From Thelocarpon superellum (lineage: Eukaryota), in assembly GCA_026025795.1 (NCBI GenBank), contig JAPEUG010000027.1, positions 62,001 to 83,007 of the forward strand: DNA of 21,007 bases, written 5' to 3'. The position numbers and the translations under genes were made by a program. The notes under the pieces are model-generated. The model did no database searches and was not told the origin of the DNA. It worked only from the letters and a program-made list of their open reading frames with translations. Of the stretch, positions 1 through 10,797 are shown in pieces; the stretch's first letter is position 1; each line of letters starts with the position of its first letter.

Positions 1-2116
1 ATTGAGTAGGTCTTGTGAGTGTAGCAGGTCTTCCTTAGGCACCTAGGAGTTGTGAGCCTCTAAGTAGCCTTTCCATCATATGAGGTAGAGCTGCTTCCTA
101 TACTGCTTGTGTTCTGCTAGTATGGACTCTATTTCCCATTTGTCTTTGCTGTTGATCTAGATAGGGCCTGGTTGCTCCTCATTGCTGTTGTCTCTCTGCC
201 TGTGGGGTTCCAATAGAGAGACATGGAACACAGGGTGTATCTTGCCCAGCTTGCTCCCTAGGTCCAATCAGTAGGCCTGCCTACCTACTGCTTCCAATAT
301 GCAGAACAGGCTATGGTATTTCACATCAAGCTTCTTGCTTGGTCTTGTAGAGCAGATGTTGTGTGCTGATAGCCACACCTGCTGTCCAACTGTATATGTC
401 ATTTGCTTTGTCTTGTGATTGTAGTATCTAGCCTGTGTTTTCTAGGCTTCCTAGAGCTGCTGTGCAAGTTCCTCTCATAGCTCCTGTAGGTGGCTAACCC
501 TCTGTGTGACATCTGGGACCTTGCAAGGGGGTGGATCCCTAGTCAGGTCAAGCACAGGGTTGTAGCTGTACATCACATAGAACAGTGATACTCCTAACAA
601 GGTGTGGCAACTGTTGTTGTAGGAGAATTCAGCTAGGGGTAGCCATTGGACCCAATTGTCTTGATGCTAGTTAACATAGCTACAAAGGTATTGCTTAAGC
701 ATTTGGTTCTGTCATTCCATCTGTCCATCTGTTTGTAGATGGAACACAGAGCTCAAGCAGCACTTGATCCTTGTGTAGTAGCACAGCACAGACCAGAAGC
801 TTGCTGTGAACACTGTGCCTCTGTTAGAGACTATGGAGCTTGGTAGCCCATATCTGCTAACAACCTGCTCAATGAAGACATCTGCCAGCTCAGGCATGTC
901 AATTGTCTTGCAAACTGCAATGTAGCACACCATTTTGGTGAAGTGGTCCATGACAACTAAGATGAAGTTGTAGGCCTTCCTGCTGCTACCACTTAGGGGT
1001 AGGTTGGTGACAAAATCCATGGTTAGGTCTTTCCATGGTTCCAATGGTGGAGAAAGCAATTGTAGCTCTCCATACTGCTTGTGCCTTGCTAGCTTCATTC
1101 TTCTACACATGGTGTAGGTAAGGATGTACTCCTTGATGTCCTAGGCCACAGTAGGCCAGCTGTACTTTCACTAGACCAGTTCTGTAGTCCTGCATACACC
1201 AAAGTGCTCTGCTAAGGGGTTATTGTAGTAGGTTCACATAACCTCCAAGTGTCCTGCTCCCTGAGCAGGGACATACAGGCACCCCTTGTGGAGCACAAGG
1301 CTGTCTGTGTCCTTGCTCCACATCTCTGTAGGGCTGTTGTGTCCTTGCATCAACATATCAGCATTGTCTTGCAGGAAGCCCTTCTGTGTCATATGTACAA
1401 TGTCAGGGTCTGCTTGCTACAGTTCTGCAAGGACCTTGCAGAAATCACTTGTAGCTTCACCATAAGCTGTCTTGGTGTGTGATGCCACAATCACTGTTTG
1501 TTGTGGTGTAATGCACACATGGCTGCCACTGCTAACCATCAGGGCAAGCACTGCTACTCCACCTAGTTCACCTATCACATAGGGTTGGTTGTGGCTAGCC
1601 ATAGTATTGATGAACCACATGGGAGTTCCCTGCTTAGGGGCAGTGGCTTGCTTGTAGTCTGGATGTCTCAATAGAGTGTTGGCTAGGTTCAATCTCCCTA
1701 GTTGATGTATGATTTGGAAGTCATATTTGGATAGGTTGCTATACCACCTCTTGTGGTGTCCACTCAGCATCTTAGCTAAGGTGAATGTGTAGAGATTGTT
1801 GTGATCTGTCACTACCTTGATCTAGTGTGCTGCACCCTAGAGGTAGTGTCTCTACTGTGCAAACACTGCAACAATTGCTAGCATCTCCAGGTTGCCTGTA
1901 TTGTAGTTGTACTTAGTATCTCTAAGCTTGTGTGAGTAGAATGCAATAGGTTGCTATTAGTGGTATAGCCTCTTGTCTTCCTAGTGCTACTGGCACAGGA
2001 TTCCTGAGATGCCTATCTGTAAGGCATCTGTCTTGACCTGAAGGGGGAGGCAGGGATCAAAGTGGCCTAAGACCAGTGCCTTGGTGAAGGTGTCATGTAG
2101 TTGTTTGAAGGAGCAG
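1..2116 (-). pseudogene. pol: Element A pol, 3' part (RNase H, integrase, chromodomain), many in-frame stops
   Basis: Minus-strand ORFs 1417-1812 (TDHNNL, RNase H end) and 712-1110 (PWKDLTMDFV...SNRGTVFTASFW...QTDGQME, integrase core). Bases 1-145 encode a chromodomain-like WEIESIL...YLI.WKGY. Confidence 0.95.
2112..2116. repeat. Left target-site duplication of element B (AGCAG)
   Basis: Identical to 9134-9138; each copy directly abuts an LTR terminus. Confidence 0.95.
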
Positions 2117-2373
2117 TGTGAGGCTAGGAGCTCCACACCTCGCCACAAGGATAGGAGTGATCATGTGATGGCCACATGATGGTTACATGATACAGCACAT
2201 GACCTAGCACACTGTATATAAACCAAGTCCTGCTGTGAGCTAGCAGAGCCCTAGTGTTCAACTTGAGTAACATGAGGAGGCTAGCTATAGGTCTATGAGC
2301 CCTAGAAGCCACAGAGTCAACTCTATTGACTATGTCTACTGTTTCTGCCTAGCTGTAGGCCTTTGTCATCACA
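2117..2373 (+). repeat. Element B 5' LTR (257 bp)
   Basis: TGTGAGGCT...GTCATCACA. Hand alignment to 8877-9133 gives 17 mismatches (16 transitions, 1 transversion) and no gaps. Confidence 0.97.
2215..2222 (+). promoter_or_regulatory. TATA box in the LTR of B
   Basis: TATATAAA, identical in all three A/B-family LTRs and just downstream of the E-box array. Confidence 0.7.
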
Positions 2374-2376
2374 GTT

Positions 2377-2385
2377 TTGAACACT
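2377..2385 (+). promoter_or_regulatory. Putative self-priming primer-binding site of B
   Basis: TTGAACACT, 3 nt after the 5' LTR, is the exact reverse complement of AGTGTTCAA at 2253-2261 inside the LTR. No TGG-type tRNA PBS is present. Confidence 0.65.
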
Positions 2386-2430
2386 TAGATACCTAGCAGG
2401 GTGCTAGCTAGAACTAGTTAGACAGGCACC

Positions 2431-3744
2431 ATGGTGGAGACTTGAGCAATGTCCTACCTAGGAGCTATGCAGGGGTCAAGCAGACCTGACACTGAGACTA
2501 GGATTGACAACATCAACACTAACACTAAGATCTTAGCAGACAGCTAACAAGACTATGAGATCCAGCAGGCCTCAACAAGCACAGAAGCCCCTACACCACC
2601 TACAGCCATGATATCCTACCTACAACACAAGCAGACCCTTGAAGAACAGCTGTGTGTCCTCAAGGAGGAAGCTGATATTCAAAAACTAGAGCAAGAGATT
2701 GCTAGGTGGCAAAGCTGTGCAACAGACACCACACCTAGAGAAACTGCTAATAAGACCTCTAGAGAAACACAGCTTAACACCACACCTAAGCAGACAGCTA
2801 GGAACACTCCCCAACAACAACCCCATTCACCTGACTCATCTGCATCCTCAGGCACCATGTGGAAGCGACATAGAGAGGAGAAGGACAGGGATGTGGGTAA
2901 TCTGCCCTACTATAACAGTCATACCTACAACAAGTGGCAATACTAGGTCTACTATGTCAAACACCTTCTACAAACCAAGCTGTACACCTATAAGACAGAT
3001 GAGGACCAGCTTACCCTTGCAAGCAACTGGCTAGGACCTGGCATAGTCAACCAGTTTGTACACAAGCAAGCAGGGGCCACACCACTGACAACCTAGAAGG
3101 AAGTCAAAGACTTCTTCCAACTTTTGATCAACCCTAGCAACACCTAAGCCAACAGTGTAGCACAGTCATACTACAGAGCAAAGCAGAAGCCAGGACAGGA
3201 CCTATTTCGCTTTGTATCCTACCTGGAATCACTGGAGGACCTCATGGACCCCATCAATGACACAGCTTGTGTCAGAGTGCTACAGGCCAGCTTACTACCA
3301 GAGATATAACAAGAACTCAACACTAAGGACAAACACCCTACTGATCAAGAGAGCCTGATAGTAGAGGCATCCAAGGTTCAGCAACTCCTAAACCCTCAGG
3401 CTGCAAGCAGAGCCCTAGGGCTAGGCTCAGGACCCAAACAGGGCTGCAGATTGGTGCCACAGCTGTGCAGAAGCAGTTGATCAACATCATGGTCAGGCCA
3501 ATCCCTACCAAACCAGTTGACAGGAGGGAGCTGTACATAGAACCACATGTCTGCCCTGTCAACATCAAACACCTCATCCATGTCAACTAAGCCCCAGGAC
3601 CATAGCAGCAGTTCGACCTATACAATGTTGAAGGGGTTCAGTAGCAAATGCAACTAGTGTGGCTACAAGGGCCATAAGGAGAAGGACTGCTATGGCAAGA
3701 AGCAAGGGAAGCCAGTACACAACCTAAAAGCAGGGGCTCAGTAG
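2431..3744 (+). pseudogene. gag: Element B gag (438 codons, one frame, multiple stops)
   Basis: ATG at 2431 is in frame with ORF 2608-2946 and with the zinc knuckle C-N-*-C-G-Y-K-G-H-K-E-K-D-C (CX2CX4HX4C) starting at 3649. Stop TAG at 3742-3744. Confidence 0.9.
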
Positions 3745-3787
3745 ACATCATGTTGGCACTACTGAGTTGCTATTCTGAGACTGACAC
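3723..3787 (+). promoter_or_regulatory. Putative -1 ribosomal frameshift signal at the gag/pol junction
   Basis: pol is in the -1 frame relative to gag. Heptamer C CTA AAA (C CCA AAA in copy A), then a 7-nt spacer, then stem CTCAGTAG (3737-3744) / CTACTGAG (3759-3766). Confidence 0.65.
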
Positions 3788-6700
3788 AAGACAATTGGTT
3801 GTCCTGATTAAGATCCTGCAAGACAACAGGACAGTCACAGCCACAGCACTAATCAATTCCAGAGCAGAACAAAACTTTGTGTCACATCTACTAGCTAAGG
3901 AGCTGCAGCTATGTGACTGTGACAAGCCTGCCCCACAGGTAATGGCATTCAGAGGACATCACATCCCTACATATAGGGTCAAGCAGTTGACTAGCTGTGC
4001 TAGAGATAGCAAAGGGCAGGTCCTAGACTCAAAGGACTCCTTTTTGGCTACACTGTTCAACTAGTACAAGATGGTTCTAGGTTACCTGTGGCTTGACAAG
4101 CACAACCCAGATGTCTGCTAGACAACAAAGATGTGGACTTGCAGGGGCAAGGTCCTGCAGTAGTGTGACAATGTCACAATTGTGAAGGCCTGAGAGCTGG
4201 CTGCTGCAGTGGAGCAGGAGCACATCAGTGTCCTCACAATCCACATGTCCTACAAGGACAACAGCCAACAAGAGCACTACATCATGGTAGCTGTGTCTGC
4301 TAGTCAATCTATACTACCTGAATACTCTAACCTTGAGCAGGTCTTCTCTGAGGAGCTAGCAAACCAGCTACTACAACACAGGCCACATGACATGGCTATT
4401 GACCTCACAGAGGGAGAGCCACCATAGAGGCCCCTCTATAACCTATCAGCTACAGAGCTGAGTGTCCTCAAGGACTACATGGAAACCAACCTAGAAAAGG
4501 GGTTCATCCAGCATTCCAAGTTGCTAGTAGGAGCCCTAGTCCTCTTTGTGCCTAAGCCAGGTAGGGGACTACAACTCTGTGTGGACTACAGGGGTCTCAA
4601 TAAGATCACTAAGAAGAACCAGCACCTACTGCTATTGATCAGTGAGTTGCTAGATTGACTCTTGTGGGGCAAGGTGTTTACCAAGCTCAATGTATGTGCT
4701 ATGTACAACCTGATCCACATCAAGGACAGGGATGAGTGGAAGACAGCCTTCTAAACAAGATATAGACACTTCAAATACCAGGTGATGCCATTTGGGCTTG
4801 TCAATGCCCCTACTACATTCTAGAGCTATATTAATAGAGGACTAGTAGAATACCTAGACAACTTCTGTGTAGTATACTTGGACAACATCATCATATACAG
4901 CAAAGTCAAGGCTGAGCACACACAGCACATGCACAAGGTGCTCAAACACCTTCTACACCTCAGCCTATTTCTCAAGCTAGAAAAGTGCTAGTTCAATGTT
5001 AACAGAGTCCCCTTTGTGGGGTATGTCATCATGCCTTAGGGGGTCTATATGGACCCTAGCAAGGTGGAAGCTGTTGCAGAATGGCCAGCTCCCAAAACAA
5101 CAAGGGATATCCAATCATTCATTGGATTTGTGAACTTCTACAGGCACTTCATCAAGGGCTTTGCAGAGCTTGCACAGCCACTCAATGCACTAGTGAAGAC
5201 ACCAAGCAAGAAGTCAAACATGCCTGTGGTGTTGATATAGGAAGCTTGCCACTCCTTTGAACAACTACACAACACCTTTACTAAGGCACTAGTCTTAGGC
5301 CACTTTGATCCCTGCCTCCCCCTATAGGTCAAGACAGACACCTTGCAGATAGGCATCTTAGGAATCCTGTGCCAGTAGCACTAGGAAGATGAGAAGCTAC
5401 ACTACTAATAGCAACCCATTGTGTTCTACTTGCACAAGCTTAGAGACACTGAGTACAACTACAATACAGGCAACCTGGAGATGCTAGCAATTGTTGCAGT
5501 GTTTGCACAGTGGAGACACTACCTCTAGGGTGCAGCACACTAGATTGAGGTGGTGACAGATTACAACAATCTCTGCATGTTCACCTCAGCTAAGACACTG
5601 AGTGGACACCACAAGAGGTGGTATAGCAACCTATCCAAATATGACTTCCAAATCATACATTGACTAGGGAGATTGAACCTAGCTGACACTCTATTGAGAT
5701 GTCCAGACTATGAGCAAGCTGCTGCCCCTAAGCAGGGAACTCCTATGTGGTTTGTTAATACCATGGCTGGCCACAACCAACCCCATGTGACAGGTGAACT
5801 AGGCAGAGCAGCAGCGCTTGCCCTGATGGTTAGCAGCAGCAGCCATGTGTGCATTACACTGCAACAAACAGTGATTGTGGCATCACATGCTGAGACAGCT
5901 TACAGCAAAGCTACAAGCAATTTCTGTGAGGTCCTTGCAGAACTGCAGCAAGCAGACCCTGATGTTGTATATATGACACAGAAAGGCTTCTCACAAGACA
6001 ATGCTGATATGTCAACACAAGGACATAACAACCCTGTAGTAGTGTGGAGCAAGGACACAGACAGCCTTGTGCTCTACAAGGGGCACCTGTACATCCCTGC
6101 TTAGGGAGCAGGATGCTTGGAGGTTATGCAAACCCACCACAACAACCCTTTAGCAGGGCACTTTGGTGTATGCAGGACTATAGAGCTGGTCCAGCAAAAG
6201 TACAGCTGGCCTACTGTGGCCTAGGACATCAAGGAGTATGTTCTTACCTGCGCCATGTGCAGACAAATGAAGCTAGCAAGGCACAAGCAGTATGGAGAGC
6301 TACAATTGCTTCCTCTACCATTGGAGCCATGGAAAGACCTTACTATGGATTTTGTCACTGACCTACCCCTGAGTGGTAGCAGTAGGAAGGCCTATGACTC
6401 CATCTTAGTTGTCATAGACCACTTCACCAAAATGGTGTGCTACATTGCAGTTTGCAAGACAATTGACATGCCTGAGCTAGCAGATGTCTTCATTGAGCAG
6501 GTTGTTAGCAGATATGGGCTACTAAGCTCTATAGTCTCTGACAGAGGTACAGTGTTCACAGCAAGCTTCTGGTCTGTGCTGTGCTACTATGCAAGGATCA
6601 AGTGCTGCTTGAGCTCTGTGTTCTATCTGCAAATGGACAGACAGATAGAACAACAGAACCAAATGCTTGAGCAATACCTTTGTAGCTATGTCAACTAGCA

Positions 6701-7430
6701 TCAAGACAATTGGGTCCAATAGCTACCCCTAGCTGAATTCTCCTACAACAATAGTTGCCACACCTTGTTAGGAGTATCACTGTTCTATGTGATGTACAGC
6801 TACAACCCTGTGCTTGACCTGACTAGGGATCCACCCCCTTGCAAGGTCCCAGATGTCACACAGAGGGTTAGCCACCTACAGGAGCTATGAGAGGAACTTG
6901 CACAGCAGCTCTAGGAAGCCCAGAAAACACAGGCTAGATACTACAATCACAAGACAAAGCAAATGACATACACAGTTGGACAGCAGGTGTAGCTATCAGC
7001 ACACAACATCTGCTCTACAAGACCAAGCAAGAAGCTTGATGTGAAATACCATGGCCTGTTCTGCATATTGGAAGCAGTAGGCAGGCAGGCCTACTGATTG
7101 GACCTAGGGAGCAAGCTAGGCAAGATACACCCTGTGTTCCACATCTCCCTATTAGAACCCCACAGGCAGAGAGACAACAGCAATGAGGAGCAACTAGGCC
7201 CCATCTAGATCAATGGTGAAGATGAATGGGAAATAGAGTCTATACTAGTAGAATGTAAGCAGTATAGGAAGCAGCTCTACCTTATACAATGGAAAGGCTA
7301 CTTAGAGGCTCACAACTCCTAGGTGCCTGAGGAAGACCTGCTACACTCACAAGACCTACTCAACAAGTTCAAACAATATCAACACAAGCATCCTACAGCT
7401 CCTACAAGACAATCATAGGCATGACACTAG
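3729..7430 (+). pseudogene. pol: Element B pol (protease, RT, RNase H, integrase, chromodomain); one frame, many stops; end approximate
   Basis: ORF fragments at 3750, 4209, 5049, 5673 and 6255 share one frame. Motifs: ALINSRA (degenerate DSGA protease, ~3846-3866), [21 protein letters not shown] (degenerate YLDD, 4875-4886), integrase HH/CC and MDFV/SDRG, and chromodomain EWEIESIL...YLIQWKGY...NS*VPEEDL (~7224-7340). Confidence 0.96.
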
Positions 7431-7449
7431 GCAGTTGATTAAGAATGGA

Positions 7450-8750
7450 TTCAGTCTCTCTGTAGGGAAGGCACAGCAACCTAGGAAGCTAGTGGCATGT
7501 GGGCTTAGCTCCTAGTGGCTGGGGGCCTAGGGCCTAACCACACAGTAGGAGATACAAAGATCACCTCAACAGGAAAGGACCTGCAAGGTGTAACCAACAA
7601 GCAGCTAGTTGTTGGTGGGAGGATGACAGGAGGCCTTGGCTCTGTCAAGAGCTATGTGGGAAGCACTGGACACTGTTCAGCTGTGCAGGGCACAAGGAGT
7701 TGTAGACCACAAGGCCTAGCAGCTAGCACTTGGGAATGGTTCTGAGGTTATTGTCCCCCCTGAAGGACCTTGGCTTGGGGTTGAGGTGATAGACAACAGA
7801 GACAATGGAGTGTCTTGGGTCAATCTACACCCACATCCACAACACCTAGCAGATTAGGAGCTGGGGTTCATGCTGGGGTTGACTCTGCTAATTGTGAAAC
7901 TATGCACTCAAGGAGTGGCCTCACCCTCAAGTGGTTTGTCTAGAAGGTCTAGGTCCTTGTCAGGACCAAATGGGTGGACTGTAGGGAATCGATTCTGCCA
8001 CAATGTGAGTGACACCCAGCAAGCAGCAGAGACAACACAGATGCCTACTAAGTAGCACAGCTGGTTTAGGATCTCCATTAGGAGGAAGTTTGAATGCTTA
8101 GTCACAGTAAGAAGAGTGCTGCTGTCACACTGTCCACACTTGTTGAATTCAATAGCAGAATGGAACTTTGAGATGTGGAGTAGCAGGCTAGACCTATGGG
8201 TCTCTAGCTGCGATTCTGCTGTAATGGTGTTGGTAGGAGGATGAAGGAGCAAGTTCATGTACTGCTCTTGCAGCTAGAAGATGGTGTTTACCTGTCCCAC
8301 AAACTTTGTTAGGATCTGGTCAACAAATCAGCACAGCTACACAGCAGAGCAATTGACATACCAAGAGACAGGGGTGCCTAGCAGTTTGGCACCTATCACA
8401 CTTCCTATACAGATTAGGCTTATAGCACCTATGGCTGTGGTTGTGGCCAATCCACTTGATGCAGTGTTAACAGGTGCTCTAATCCAACACAGGAGGTGGG
8501 CTAGGCACAGCCACCTGCTTAGGGAACACAGCAGACATTGTGAGGTTTGGCAAAAGTAGAACAGAGGCAGAAGTGGATTGATGGAAGCAGAACAGGAGCA
8601 GAACAAATGCAGGATATCCTTGAACAAAGAAGCTGCAACAATTGCAGATCAAGATCCTAGTTGACAAAGAAGCTGTAGAAGAAGCAGAGTGTTAACAGAC
8701 CTACAACAAATATCAACAACATGCAAATTAGCAGCAATTCACTACAACAT
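7450..8750 (-). pseudogene. Putative degenerate antisense extra ORF in the 3' region of element B, product unknown; ends uncertain
   Basis: Minus-strand ORFs 8337-8627 and 7908-8258 are in the same frame. An in-frame ATG lies at 8750-8748. The frame continues into an S/T/P-rich tail with scattered stops. Confidence 0.45.
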
Positions 8751-8861
8751 GACAACAACACATTGCCCTAGCCCTACAGCACTATTGACAACCACCCCAC
8801 AGGGCCAACCAGTTCAATAGCAGTAGGTGAATAGCTGTGTGCACTCCTAGAACAGAGTGCT

Positions 8862-8872
8862 AAGGAAGGGGG
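8862..8872 (+). promoter_or_regulatory. Polypurine tract of B
   Basis: AAGGAAGGGGG, 4 nt (TAAT) upstream of the 3' LTR. Confidence 0.9.
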
Positions 8873-8876
8873 TAAT

Positions 8877-9133
8877 TGTGAGGCTGGGAGCTCCACACCT
8901 CACCACAAGGATAGGAGTGATCATGTGATGGCCAGATGATGGTCACATGATATAGCATGTGACCTAGCACACTGTATATAAACCAAGTCCTGCTGTGAGC
9001 TAGCAGAGCCCTAGTGTTCAACTCAAGTAACACAAGGAGGCTAGCTATAGGTCTATGAGCCCTAGGAGCCACAGAGTTAACTCCATTGACTACATCTACT
9101 GTTTCTGCCTAGCTGTAGGCCTTTGTCGTCACA
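8877..9133 (+). repeat. Element B 3' LTR (257 bp)
   Basis: Direct repeat of 2117-2373, preceded by the PPT and followed by the TSD. Confidence 0.97.
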
Positions 9134-9138
9134 AGCAG
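9134..9138. repeat. Right target-site duplication of element B (AGCAG)
   Basis: Identical to 2112-2116. Confidence 0.95.
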
Positions 9139-10227
9139 TGAGCTTCCTGTGTCAATACCACAGGTGTGTTTGACTTCTTGCTTAGTGTCTTCACCAGCAC
9201 ATTGAGTGGCTGTGCAAGCTCTGCAAAGCCCTTGATGAAGCACCTGTAGAAGTTTGTGAATCCAACAAATGATTGGATATCCCTTGTAGTCTTGGGAGCT
9301 AGCCATTCTACAACAGCTTCCACCTTGCTAGGGTCTATATAGACCCCCTAAGGCATGATGACATACCCCACAAAGGGGACTCTGTCAACATTGAACTAGC
9401 ACTTTTCTAGCTTGAGAAATAGGCTGAGGTGTAGGAGGTGTTCAAGCACCTTACACACATGCTGTATGTGCTCAGCCTTGACTTCACTGTATATAACAAT
9501 GTCATCCAAGTATACTACACAGAAGTTGTCCAGATATTCTGCTAGTCCTCTATTGATATAACTCTAGAACATAGCAGAGGCGTTGACAAGCCCAAATGGC
9601 ATCACTTGGTATTTGAAGTGTCTATATCTTGTTTAGAAGGCTGTCTTCTACTCATCCCTGTCCTTGATGTAGATCAGGTTGTACACAGTGTGTATGTCAA
9701 GCTTGGTGAACACCTTGCTCTACAAGAGTTGATCTAGCAACTCACTAATCAATAGTAGTAGGTGCCAGTTCTTCTTGGTGATCTTATTGAGACCCCTGTA
9801 GTCTACACAGAGTTGTAGTCCCCTACCTGGCTTAGGTGCAAAGAGGACTAGGGCTCCTGCTAGTGACTTGGAATGCTAGATGAACCCCTTTTCTAGGTTG
9901 GTTTCTATGTAGTCCTTGAGGATGCTCAGCTCTGTAGCTGATAGGTTGTAGAGGGGCCCCTATGGTGGCTCTCCCTCTGTGAGGTCAATAGCCATGTCAT
10001 GTAGCCCATGTTGTAGTAGCTGGTTTACTAGCTCCTTAGAGAAGACCTACTCAAGGTTAGAGTATTCAGGTGGTATAGATTGACTAGTAGACACAGCTAC
10101 CATGATGTAGTGCTCTTGTTAGCCATTGTCCTTGTAGGACATGTGGATTGCAAGGACACTGATGTGCTTCTGCTCCACTACAGCAGCCAGCTCTTAGGCC
10201 TTCACAATTGTGACATTGTTGTGCTAC
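9139..10227 (-). pseudogene. pol: Element A pol, middle part (reverse transcriptase)
   Basis: Reverse complement of B ~4160-5248. Retains YLDD at 9501-9512; ORF 9129-9323 reads DIQSFVGFTNFYRCFIKGF. Confidence 0.95.
10223..10227. repeat. Left target-site duplication of element C (GCTAC)
   Basis: Matches GCTGC at 17547-17551 except for one transition. Only one copy of the 5-mer is present at the homologous empty site in B (4160-4164). Confidence 0.9.
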
Positions 10228-10377
10228 TGTCACAGACATACTGTACAGTAGTATACCTAGTATCGCAATGTCATGTGATGAGTCACATGACACCACATCA
10301 CAGTATATAGGCTTAGCTAGTGAGCTAAGTTAATAAAGCATCTTACAACCCACTCATCATACAGTATAGCTATTACA
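10228..10377 (+). repeat. Element C 5' LTR (150 bp)
   Basis: TGTCACAG...TTACA. Hand alignment to 17397-17546 gives 18 mismatches, all transitions, no gaps. TATATA at 10304-10309. Confidence 0.96.
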
Positions 10378-10379
10378 AA

Positions 10380-10389
10380 TGGTAGCAAC
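10380..10389 (+). promoter_or_regulatory. Putative tRNA primer-binding site of C (possibly initiator tRNA-Met)
   Basis: TGGTAGCAAC, 2 nt after the LTR. The first 7 nt match the start of the yeast Ty1/Ty3 tRNA-iMet PBS (TGGTAGCGCC). Confidence 0.6.
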
Positions 10390-10797
10390 ACTATTGTTTT
10401 CTCTTGTCTAATTGTCCATAGTCCCATCAGAGACTAGACCATCATTGACAACAGCAGAGAGACAACAGAGTATCCTGCCCTCTAGTCAAGATCCTAGACA
10501 AGCTAGGGGTGAGCTACAACATCATTGTCCTGCTCCCCACCATCCACAGACAAGCCTTGAGCTCCCACCATCAACAGTTAAGCCCTGAGCTCCTACTGCC
10601 ATTCAGCCATCAAGCCACCCATTAGTTGACAATCTGTTGTCACCACCACTGTCCCTCCACTGTCACTGTCAGCTGCCTTACCACTGTGACACCCTTGTCC
10701 CCAGCTGCCTAGTGTCTCTGTATGGGCCATGCCTAGGGCCCAGCTAAACAAGTCAACAATCCTTCTCAGCCACTAGCTCTAGTCCTTTAAACAGAAG

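Larger units (their letters stand above)
2117..9133 (+). mobile_element. Element B: full-length (7017 bp) but inactivated Ty3/Gypsy chromovirus-type LTR retrotransposon
   Basis: Two 257-bp TG...CA LTRs, a 5-bp TSD, gag with a CCHC knuckle, pol in the order PR-RT-RH-IN-chromodomain, and a PPT before the 3' LTR. Confidence 0.98.

Noticed and set aside
2124..2312. 62-70 aa ORF repeated three times (also 8860-9072 and 19423-19614) as a small-protein family
   Set aside because: It lies within the LTR, so the repetition is explained by LTR duplication. Starts and stops differ between copies.
2728..2815. Degenerate TTPRET/TSRET/TTPKQT repeats
   Set aside because: Ordinary low-complexity linker in gag; not a spacer array or CRISPR.
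7431..8861. env-like third ORF on the sense strand of B
   Set aside because: The plus-strand ORFs are short (61-92 aa) with no convincing signal peptide or fusion-protein motif. The antisense frame is better supported.
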